A stretch of DNA of 64,000 nucleotides from Podarcis cretensis (lineage: Eukaryota), in contig OX638160.1 in NCBI GenBank assembly GCA_951804945.1, forward strand, positions 23,560,001 through 23,624,000, given 5' to 3'. The translations under genes and the position numbers were made by a program. The notes below the pieces were generated by a model, which was not told the DNA's origin, ran no database searches, and saw nothing but the letters and a program-made list of their open reading frames with translations. This document shows, piece by piece, positions 53,601 to 64,000 of the stretch (positions within the stretch are counted from its first letter, which is position 1; every line of letters begins with the position of its first letter).

Positions 53601-55708
53601 TTGACAGTTAAAACTGTGATGGCATTGTTTGAATCTTTCTCAGAATCTAGCCAGTAAAACCACTAATTTAACTGGTAAGTTGTTTTTAAAGCCTCCATTA
53701 TATTGTTTTAAATTGCACTATCACCTCAGGAGGCTTTGGGCAAATGCCACTTAACTAGGAGCACCAGTGGATGAAATAGTTGTTTTCCAAGTACTGCTTC
53801 TGTTATGATAATGCTAGCATTTAATTGTTAATTTCAGCCTGAGATGTACTGTAAACATGATGCAAAAGAGTGTTTTTTACATAAAACCCCTAGATTAAAT
53901 ATTCTAAGTAAATATTACAGCACAGGATTTTTTTTTAGCATGGTGGGTAAACATACCTTCAGTTTGAGAGGCCCAAGGTTTACATTTAAGAGCTAATTTA
54001 TAAAGTTATTCATTGGAATATAGTTAAGTGCTACTTTCAGCTTATATACAAATATAATTTATTATTAAAGGTTTTTTGAAAATTCACATTTAATATAATA
54101 ATGCTGTACTAATCAGGGGGAAAGATAGTAAACTTTAAAGTTTAGATTTAATGTAATTTAAATGTAATGCAATGATTTTCTTTGCAGTATCTCAATAAAG
54201 ATTTGGAATTTTGCTGTAACTGGTTTGTTTCTGGCAGTAGGGATATTTGAAAGTAGTCTTTCCCTTCATCCATACACACACCAAAAAGCACAAAAAACAT
54301 GAAATATGAGCCTATATTTGAATAGAAATCAAAAGTTTATACTGGTTCATATTTTTGTCAATACTCCTAGGTTGCATTTCCCCTTTTTATTCATTCTTGT
54401 TCTTCTATTAGAAAACATCTTTAATTCCCTATCATGCATCTAAACTATAAAGCTATTTCAGAATGACTGTTATCACCAGTTAGAAATTATCCATAGAAAA
54501 GGGAGGAAAGCAGTTTTGTTAAATATAAAAGCAACTTGCTATACATGAAGCAGATCTCCAGTCAATATCAATTATGTGTCTGGTTTGGGCAGAATCATGT
54601 TACTTTTTTTATTTAAGGAGTTTTCTCCTCAAATGGGGGCTACTACCTCCCAATCTCAAAAACACACCCAAGAATATGCTAATTAATTGTATTGTGTCTA
54701 TGAATGGAGTAGCCAAATGCAACCATTAAAAAAAAATCTAACAATGTGTGACGTTTCCTGTTACAGGACACACTTTTTTTAATATTGATATTACAAACGT
54801 AAGGGCACAGACGATCCACGTACTAATTTTAAACCATTAAAAACCACCTACTAAACACAGAGAAAAGCTAACATGACCGCATAGGCGGGGAGTATCTTGG
54901 GAAGCTTAACATTCCGAGCGAATTAAGGGCACAAGCCTCGGATCACTTTTTGTCAGTCTCACTGTGGCACTTCAGAGTCGGAATGTGATTTTTTTACATC
55001 GTGCTACTCTCATTTTTTTTAAAAAAAAATTACCCATTTGGCAAGAAAGATGGGAGAAATGTTTCTATTTCGGAAACAAGAAAAGTAGTATGGAACACTG
55101 AGGAAAAACCAGACATGCTATTTATCCTGTTCCTTCAGCTGTATTTTTTCTTCTGTAATACAGATTTGATTTTAAAATCCCTGTATACGTATTGCCTTAT
55201 ATAAATTATGTGTGCATCTGAAGGCCTTCTCACATATATATATATTTCAATATTTTTCTAATTATTTGTTACTAAGGATTCGTGATCATTAAAGATTACA
55301 ACCGCCAATATATTTTTAACTATGGTGATGTCTCAAAATATGGGAATTTTAAACTCTGAAATTATTTTCAAAGTGAGATTTGCCTTATTCTTCTGCATTG
55401 GCATTTACTATCTAAAGGCTCCAAAGACAGCAAGTTTTATAAAGAAAAGGAGTAAACACAAACGTATTTCAACCCTGTCTCCAGGAAAGCTACCAACAGT
55501 TTTCTGCTCCATGGTGTTCAGAAATACAGCCCTGTTGAGTGCTTTACTGAAGTTCAGAACTTCAATAAATTCCATTTCCCCCCAGAGAACATGGAAATAC
55601 AATATTTAGAAATTATTCTAATCCGCCTTTTAAAATTCCCTCAAGTTGCATGAAACAATGCTACTGTATTGCTAAGAAGCTATTTTACCAGAAAAATAGT
55701 TTCAAGTC

Positions 55709-55735
55709 TATATATATATATATATATATATATAT
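55709..55735. repeat. (TA)n microsatellite
   Basis: Read directly from the sequence. Confidence 0.95.
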
Positions 55736-56099
55736 TTAAAAAGAATGTAGACACGCTTACCTCCCCCCATCTAACAAGGCTGGTCGAGTAAACAGCACCC
55801 CAGGCGCAACATTTAAAAACAACGTATTATAGACACTTGTTGGATTTTTTTTTAAAGATAAGGTTAAGCAGTTTATTTTCCTTCAAGTAATTAAAATGAC
55901 CAAAATCAACTCAAATTAATTGAATTGTTTTTAAGGACAAATGCATTTTGTTTTTGTTTTTGCTTTTTAAAGAGAAACACTTCAGAAGGAACAGGCCTTT
56001 CGTTTTAAGAACTTTTATTTTTGCCAGCCTCTGAAAGGCACAAGACACGGTTTTTCCAACTTCAGCAACAATTTTTTTTTAAAAAAAGAACCCGCTCTT

Positions 56100-57500
56100 T
56101 TCCGAACCCACTCTCCCTTTAGCTCCCTCTTCGTAAAATCCAATTATTTCAGCATTTAGTGTTTTTCCTCCTCGAGTTGTTTCCTGCCCCTTTCCCCCCT
56201 CCCCTTCCCTCTCAAAAAGTCCTGTTCTAAAAATTCACCGCTGAACAGATGTTTCCCTTTGTATCAGGCGAGCTTTTTCTCCCTGGTGGGGTCTTTTACC
56301 TTCGGTGAGCTATAAAGCCCCGTGAATAAAACAGCAGCACTAGAGGAAAACAAGGAAGAAGAAGAAATAAAAAAGTCCTCCCTACTTATGGACCAGATAA
56401 AACTGCTGCTGGAAACCGGGAGGGAAGAGCATTGCAAACTCGAACCGTACTCCTTCCACACACACCCCAACAATAAAATAAAATAGGGCTTGGGGAAGCT
56501 CAACCCAAAAAGCAGAAGCTCGTCCCTTTTTCCTTCACAGCTGCGGCGAGAAAACAAGGGGAGCCTTCGCGCGAAGAAGGGCGGCAGCGGCAGCTTCCCT
56601 ACGAGCAATGGGGGGAAAGGAGCCGCGGCTCCCCTTCCTCTCCCCTCACGGAGGCCGGCCTACCCCGCTCGCTGCTGCCCCGGCCCGCCTGCTGCAACCG
56701 AGCACCTTCCCTCCAACTGCACTTCCTGCCTGAATGAGGCCTCAGCTCCTCGGCGGCAGCTGCTACCGCCTTTCGCAGCTTCCCCTCCCGCCGCCGCCGC
56801 CGCCGGCAGCCCCTTTCCTTCCCCCCCTCCGCCCCCCAGATCTCGTCAGGCGGCCTCCCAGCTCCCCCTGCGCTCTCTCGGCGTCCCTCGCGGCTTCTTT
56901 GGTGGGGCCCAGCCCCCTCTGCTCCTGTGGCTACAGGCAGGCAGGCGAGCAGGTCGGCCTGTAGTTAGTAGGCCCGGCTGCGAGCCTGGCTGGGCTGCTT
57001 CTTCCCTCAGGAGGAGCGGCTCCTTCTCTGAGCCCTCCTGCCAGCCAGGCTTAGTCCTTGCACAAGCAGGCCTCTCAATTGACTCTCGTTTTGTAAGCGA
57101 CACCCACAAATTCATTATTTCACCTGCTCGCCCTCAACCTCTTTCATCAACGCAAAAAGGGCTTTGAGGAAGGGGAGAGGGTGGGGGTTATTGGGTTTGG
57201 CTGCCCGCCAAGCTCCTCTCCTCTCTTCCTTTACACACGAGGGTCCCGGGTTCCAATCAGGACGACCTTGCAAAGGCGCCGTGCAAAAAACCCTTTTGCT
57301 GCCACTGCCTTGCCAGCTGGCCCCTGTCCTGCTCACTCGTCCTTCTTCGCAGCTGCAGCGCTGCCTAGAGGAAAAGCGGGCGCTCTGCGCTCTCCTCCAA
57401 TGCAGCAGCAGCAGCACACGCTGCTTTTTCTGGGGAGGGCTTCTGTGCCCTAACCAAAAAGGCAAACTTCTTCTTTTAAGCAGCCTTTGCAGCGGTTGGT
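56100..57500 (+). promoter_or_regulatory. CpG island; probable promoter/first non-coding exon of the divergent gene SKIDA1
   Basis: CpG island with TATAAAG at 56311-56317, about 8 kb from the MLLT10 promoter. In human, SKIDA1 lies head-to-head with MLLT10 at a similar distance (recalled). Identity is inferred from synteny only; no SKIDA1 coding sequence is visible. Confidence 0.55.
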
Positions 57501-58999
57501 TGCAGGAGAAAAGAAAGGAGGGGGATGGGATAGATCATCAATCAAAACAGGACAAGTGCTGACCACAGACCTTTCTCAATTTCTTCCAACCCTGGTAAAA
57601 CTACTCTTAGGAAAGCTTGGATCCACAACCGATAGAGTGGAGCTCTACTGTCCTCTCATATATGCGCTTACTCGGAAGGAAGTCCCAATGAAAGGGAATT
57701 AAGCCGATTCTCTTTGCAAAACTGGCTTCAATCCAAGAACTTCGGTTTAACGTCTTCATGACTTGAACTCTTTGCCACCTTGGCTCAAACTGTCACGCTC
57801 CTATTGCCCTGCTAACGCTGCCTTCTTTGTTCGCTGAGAATCTTTCTACAATTCTCAATAGTTTTACCACAAGACAGCAGATTCACAAGATGCTAACCTC
57901 TAAAGAAAACAAAAAGCATTCCTCTTGTTTTTAACAAATCAAACTAATACAACTAAGAGCCACCTAGACAGGCCCTTTAAAACAAACAAAATGCATCTTT
58001 CCTTCAACTTCCTTACCTATAATTTAACCATGAGCGGAATTGTGTTACATTTTGGCTTTCTTTTAGTTTATTTGCTATATTTTGGAGTGTGAGAGGATGC
58101 TTTGCAATTATTTTATTGTAAAGAAAACCTTTTCCTGCTTTGATATTTTTTCACATAAACATAAAACTACTTCCCACTTTTTTAATAAAAAAGAGTATTT
58201 TTTAATTATTGCACCATGAGGAAGTGTCTCTTTTCAATCTGCTGTTGATTGGTGTGTTTTTGTTACAAATAAAATACGTTTCCCTTATTTTCTTTTTAAA
58301 TGAGCTGGTTTATATTCCGACAACTAAAATCTATTTGTAACCAATCCACTGCTCATTGTAAGCATGGCCCAACCATGGGATACAGAAATCCAGATATGCT
58401 AATTAGGGGAAATTATAGGCACTTAACTGGCAACTCGATTTACAGCCCACTTAAAATTGGGTTCTTTCATGTTCACTTGCAAGTAAAGCCGACTAAGTTT
58501 GTGGGACTTACTCTCAAGAAAACCTGCATACAATTGCAGCCGATCACACAACATCAGCTACTGGTTTCTAAAACACATTTAACTGGCAATAGGTCACTGC
58601 TTCTGTTGTGCTTGCCTTCTAAACAAGTGTCAGGATTGCAACCCCAGAAGCACACTCAACAGTCTGTTTATTCCAGAATAATCCAAAGAGATTGATCCAG
58701 AATAAATTGATTATGGATGGCAATTTAACATCTCAAATAGTAAACTTAAGAAATTCAAGTCATGTCATGGAACTCACTTCTAAATAACGCATGTAGCATA
58801 AGAGGATTAATCAATTTAATCGAAATACTTGGCATTAATTGGTATCTGGATCGAAATTATCAGGTGCCTAACTGGGATGCTGTGTGTAAAAGAGAGAGCA
58901 AGGGAAAGAGGTTTAAATCCACTTAAATAATTAAAATACCACTTTATCTTGTTTTTCCACATTTTGACAACCATGTTAACAGTGTCAGAATTTTATTTT

Positions 59000-59900
59000 T
59001 TAAAATATTTATTTTACTCAAGACCTGACAAGACCCTTTTAACAGCCCGATGCCAAAACCTGTTCCAATCGAGTATTTGGCGAATAGGCGCATTTTGTCT
59101 GGGATAGAAAACACTTGTCCGTCATATTCAACAGGCAACAAGCGGCTCCAAATCCCCCTTCTGCCCGGTGGACAAGCGTCTCTCTCAAAACCTTTAGCGG
59201 GATTTGACAATTCATGGAGCGTCAGTCTTTTATTACCATTTAAGGGTGGCGCGGGGACAGAATCTTTTTGTTCCCTTCTACATGATTTGTTTGTATCGAT
59301 TATGTCGCCAGCAAGAATCTCCCAAGAAAGCCGTGTGCAATGCATTGACACTCATTTGCCTAACACGGCCATGCTTTCAAACGAAAACCAGCCTCGTAAA
59401 ATCTCTTCTTTAATATGCACTACAATCCCGCCTCGCTGTTCGGATGGATTCCTGTCCTCCCTGCAACCTTCCGCTCGTATGCAGCAGGTCACCGTTTGGG
59501 TCGCCACTTTCTACGTCTTGCTGCTTTTGGGGAAAGCTGCGATTTGGGAGGCTGCCCCAGAAGCACCTCTTCCCTCCCCCTCCTCCGTCTCAGAGCCCTC
59601 CGGAAGCTCGGCCCACGCCTGCTCCTAGCCTGCACTTTGTTCTCGCAGTGATCTCGCAGGTTGGGAAGGCTTCAACAAAAACAAAAAGCAGGCAGCGATC
59701 TGAAGATATTGCAGATGGCCGGGGCTGTCTGCTGCACGTGCATCTGAACGCTACCGGTTCTGGGCCACGCTGCAAGCTCTGCAGATCCGCAAGCAAGGCC
59801 GAGAAAAACACTTCCCTCTCGGCTGCAGCTTTAGCTTAAGTTCTAAAGCTCTTCGTTAAAAGAACTTGTTTCTTTCCAGCCTTCCAAGGAGGGGCGAGCG
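59000..59900. promoter_or_regulatory. CpG-rich, repeat-free non-coding block (probable conserved regulatory element)
   Basis: CpGs are retained even in AT-rich sequence; no TE signature; posterior-HOX-type CTCGTAAAA at 59393-59401. Confidence 0.5.
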
Positions 59901-60510
59901 GGATTTGATCTATTCAGATATTCTTAAGAGTGAAAGGCTGTGCCATTTGATGGTAGTCCCCTCATGCTTTAGACGGAGACCATAAAAACAGTCCTCGATC
60001 TCGAGTCCCCCCCCTCCCTCTTTTCCCATTTAAAATATTCTTTTTAAGGAAACCCAGGAGTGTCATTTTTCTAGGGCAGAGAGAGAGAGACGCTAAAAGC
60101 TGAAGGATGAAGAAGCAAGTCACCCAGTGACCTGTTTTGCTGCTTTCCAGTCCCACCGACCCAACCCCGCCTCACTCACATGGTCAGGAAGAAAAGCAGA
60201 AACAAAGAGTTCTAAACCTTTTTCTTCAAAGCCAGCCCTTTTGCTTTTGGGGGAAGGGGGAGGGGAGATGATGACTTGGGGCAGGAGATGCTGAGTAGGA
60301 ACTGCAGTGACTCTTCATCCTCGAGATAGTTCCCTAATATTCCCTTCAACTACATTTCCCCCATATTGGGGGCGGGATGTGGGAGCTTTGAAGTCTAGCT
60401 CTTTGCCTTATGGAAGGGGAAATCCTTTACCACTCTCCCCCTCCTTTTCTCCCAGTTTTAATCGCCCTGCCTAAACTTTCATGAACTTTTCTTTTCTTTT
60501 TTCCTCTTCA

Positions 60511-60738
60511 GCCGCATTACCGTCATCGTTGTAAATAATCCTGATTTATGACAAGCGTTAGCTGTGTTCAATAAATGCAATTAATTACTGCTGTCGGAAA
60601 TTATAATTAATAATTACCTATAATAACGTGGACAGTGATACCGGATGTTGAATACGTGACTTGAAAGTAATCTGCACCAGTGTCAATGGGACCGTAAAAT
60701 TAGTGTTTGGAACTGTTTTATAAAGGGCGTTATCGAAC

Positions 60739-60739
<1 letters not shown>
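60511..60739. promoter_or_regulatory. Homeodomain-motif-dense non-coding block; possible non-coding exon of the + strand gene
   Basis: Preceded by a strong + strand acceptor (ttttcttttttcctcttcag, ending 60510). Contains TGATTTAT(GAC) at 60542-60552, repeated TAAT/ATTA cores, CCGTAAAA and TTTTATAAA. Confidence 0.5.

Positions 60740-60781
<42 letters not shown>
60740..60781. repeat. (ATT)14 microsatellite
   Basis: Read directly from the sequence. Confidence 0.95.
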
Positions 60782-60783
<2 letters not shown>

Positions 60784-60789
60784 TAGAAA

Positions 60790-62300
60790 GTATCCCGCGG
60801 GCAGCTAATAGCACCCTCCCTTGGAAGCGGCTGCCCCTAGCGCCCACGAGGGGAGTTGCAGTAGCGGCCTCCGCCAGGAGCTGCCTGCCGGCCTGAGATT
60901 GGAAGCCGCGCGCCCGGGAGGGGAGGGGAGAGAGAAGCGGAGTGGGCGGGGTTGAGAGGGGCGATTACGAGAGACTCGAGCTCGGCACGAGCGCGCCCGG
61001 CGCGCTGGCTTCTGGGTAAGCAAATGGCCGAGCGGCAAAAGGAAACGCCGAGGGGGGGGAGGAGAAGGCAGGAAGGCAGGAGGTGAAAGGTCACCGGCCC
61101 GCAGGCCCCGCCCCCTGCGCCCGGGTAAATGAATGGAAAGAGCCCAGGCGAGAGGGGGAAAGGGAAGCTGCTGCTGCTGCTGCAGCGACGGTGGCGGGTT
61201 CCTCGTGCTAACTGCGCTTGCCTGCCTGCCTCCTGCCTGCCCGCCACTCTTCTTCTCTGGGGGGAAGGAGGCAGCGACGCCTTACATTGGCGTAAGGAGA
61301 CGTTGGGCCCCTTCTCTCCAGTCTCCTCCCCCCGCTGCTCCCGGACAATGCAGCCGAAGGGGAGAGCTATAAACATTGGACGGGGGGGGGATCCTCTGCT
61401 GCTGCTGCTACGCGGGGACAACTTAGGCAATGCCGCCTCCACCTCCTGAGCTTGGGCCACAACAGGCCCCGGGTTCTCCCTGCTCCCGCCGAGGCAAGAA
61501 GCGCTTTCTCGGCTGCAAAGGACCTTGCAGCCTCCAGTTCCCGCTTCCCCCTTGCCCCACAAAACCCCAAACAGGGGAGCTGTTCGTGAAGGCGCGCTGC
61601 CTTCCTCAGCCCGCGCACGCACAAACCTCGCCGGGCCCTTTTTCTCCTTTGCTCCCTGCAATCGGGGGGCGGGGAGACCCTGATATATTCCCTACGTTTC
61701 CTTCCTGGGCCGCTTTTCCGAAGGCGGCGGCGGCGGCGAGATTTTGCGTTTTAAAACGCAGCCCCGTTCCTTCTTCGCGCGGCTCCTAGCCGTTTTTTCC
61801 GCGCAGAGCAGTCGCTCGAAAGCCCGGCCGAGCTGGAGGCGCCGGCTCGCCTTCGGAAGGGAGGGTTTAGGTGGTGTTTGAGTTTTTTTCTTTTCGCGGC
61901 CGAGACGGCGCGAGCCGTTTCTCCAGTTTCAGCGCCGCTGAATTGGCGGCGGACCCGTTTGCTGCAGGCGGTGCGAGGGAGGTGGCGGCTGCTGCTGCTG
62001 GGATCCTTCTCCCTTTCTCTTTTGAGTAGTATTTAAATCCGCGCGCCGGTGGCTAGTTTCTCAAACGCCCCGCTCGCTCCAGCCTTTCTTACCTAAAAGC
62101 GAAAAAGTTGTGCGAGTCGCCTCTCCCTTCCCCCTCCCCAGTGTCTCCTCGATGAGAAATGGAGGAAGAAAATGCAAAACGCTTCATAGGGAGAAGTGGT
62201 CCCCTTTGTTCTGGCATTGTTTCTCCACGAACTGGCGGCTACAAGGATAAAACACTTACCTTCTCTCCTTTTTGCTGCGAAATCCAGACGTTCCCATCGG
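60790..62300. promoter_or_regulatory. CpG island in the putative SKIDA1 5' region
   Basis: Very high GC and CpG content, GC boxes (CCCCGCCCC) and (CTG)n/(GGC)n tracts. The long ORFs here are low-complexity and not recognisable. Confidence 0.7.
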
Positions 62301-64000
62301 CTGCAAAATACACAATCCACCTTAGAAAGGGACTAGAGATGTAGAGAGAGTTTGTATTCCGTTCTTTTGCGCGCTCTTCCCATTTTGGGGCAAGATTAAG
62401 TTGCCGAGCACGTTGTTGCAAGCTGTAGCCCCCCGCCTCAGTGAATGGTCACGTTTAGGACCCTCCAAGGCCATCCTAAGTCTGCCAGTAGAATCCGAGG
62501 GTATTGAAGGTCTAAAACTTTCAAAAGGAAAGGGGGCCTGGAACTAGCCAGAGAGCTGCAAATATACACTAGGATGCCCCCCGCCGCCGCCACTACACGC
62601 ACATACGCACATGTTTGCCCCCCTCCCTTAGCTTTAAATAAGGAAACCTTCCCCGGTGAGAGTTTAACGTGAAAGAAAGAAAAAGTTTGCACTTTATTAA
62701 TTCCTTAAGAGCGAATGTGTTAAAAGCCGATCCCTGTCTGCATTTGAAACCCACTACCCTTCTTGCTCACCCCATGTGGCAAAAGTTTTGAATCTCGAAA
62801 TAAAAACAAATGAGCCGGCGGTAGAAAACGAGGTTGGGAAGTTTAGGTTATGGTTGTAGCTGGGAGAAAATGTGTCGGAGGAGGAGGAGGAACAGTTTTT
62901 TGTTTTGTTTTTAAGAGGAAATGCTGTTGGTGTTACTATTTTGGTAACGCGATGATCAAGCGAGCAAAAGAAGCCCATTCACTGATTTCTGCATACTCCA
63001 GGCGATGTTTAATGCTCAGCCTCGCAGGTATTAGTGTCCAAACCTGCATTTAATCTGATTATGATGAGGTTTGCTGATACAATGGATAGTTGAATAGATC
63101 CTTGTGTCTTAGCAAATGAGGTGGATTTTCGGCGTCCCTCAGTTTCCGGGCATGAGAGGAAATAAGGCTCTGATTGTCCACCGACATCTTCTGGAGCCCC
63201 TCAAACATCTTTGGGTTTTGGTTGTGGGTGGAAATGAGCATAGCCCCCTCAGCGCCATATTGTAACACCGCGCTGGATGTCCCGGCTCTTTTATGGCTAG
63301 ACCTGAAAGTTTCGCTCTGTGTGTGCAACTGGAGAAATGAAGAAAAATAACAACAAATATGGAGCAGGCGTCTCTGGTGTCTTTTCTGTCCCTCATGTAA
63401 CGCTCCCCATTTCCTCTTTACCACCCTTCTAAAAAGGTGATCTGCTGCATAGGAAAGGAATGAAAAGATTGCAATAAAAGCAAAACCGAGTAAATAAGGT
63501 TGAGGGCAGAAGGAGAGGTTTTCTTTGCCAGCCTTTAATTGCCACTGAAACATTCTACAGTTGTAAACATTCCTTATTTATTCAGCCCAAATAGGCAGGC
63601 ATTGTCTTGCTTTTATCGCAATCGTAATTATGGTGTCCTTTAAACTGGCTGATAGCTAGGGAGATAAGGGAATGTGCCTGTAGCTTCAGATCAAATCTCT
63701 CTCCGTCCCTCTCCCTCCCTCTCGCTCTCTCCCCCTCCCCGGGTCATCAGGATCCCCACAGTCCTTAGAGATGAGGAACGCTGGAAGACTCTGGCCTGGC
63801 CATTCCTTACGTCATGAAAGTGATTTGTACCACATTGCTAATTTGGTGCAATCCCTAACCCTTTGGATCTCGTGTGCGTTTGTAATTGCCTTTTGCTGCT
63901 TGCTTCAATTTTTGGTGCGTTATTTTTGGCGGCAATTTGGAGGGGGGCGTTTGGGGTGGGCAATATATCTTTTGCAATCGAGTCCAGGCGTGTGAGGGGG

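Noticed and set aside
56490-57167. 225-aa ORF on the + strand
   Set aside because: CpG-island artefact with a TTG start and Pro/Ala/Ser runs; does not resemble SKIDA1 or any family I recognise.
59050-59628. 192-aa ATG-initiated ORF on the + strand
   Set aside because: No recognisable domain or splice context; better explained as non-coding regulatory sequence, although a translated uORF cannot be excluded.
60837-61661. 274-aa ORF on the minus strand (longest in the track)
   Set aside because: Lies in a CpG island where stops are rare; low-complexity R/G/P/A/S composition; non-ATG start; no recognisable domain.

Overview
Vertebrate genomic DNA from a squamate, most likely a lacertid lizard (Sauria-SINE copies, squamate-type CR1/L2 fragments and MITEs). 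About 48 kb is the 5' part of MLLT10 (AF10) on the minus strand. It has a CpG-island promoter at about 46.5-48.7 kb and seven GT-AG-bounded coding exons (169, 80, 55, 110, 104, 94 and 96 nt; 708 nt, 236 aa) encoding the complete PZP (PHD1-Zn knuckle-PHD2) chromatin reader and the start of the Lys/Ser-rich region. The gene continues past position 1 in a long intron. The introns carry three Sauria SINEs with target-site duplications, CR1 and L2 fragments, Tc1/mariner- and hAT-type MITEs, an RTE-like non-autonomous element and a decayed DIRS-like element. The right end (about 54.7-64 kb) is repeat-poor, with several CpG islands and HOX/PBX-motif-rich non-coding blocks. By synteny this is probably the promoter and non-coding 5' region of the divergent gene SKIDA1, whose CDS is not visible in the window. 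Almost all ORF-track entries are spurious. I found no clearly new biological system. The best leads are an overlapping-uORF/AUGA stop-start arrangement at the MLLT10 start, an HDV-ribozyme-like fold at the 5' end of the RTE-like element, a pre-miRNA-like intronic hairpin, and a ~130-bp diverged duplicate on both sides of one exon.
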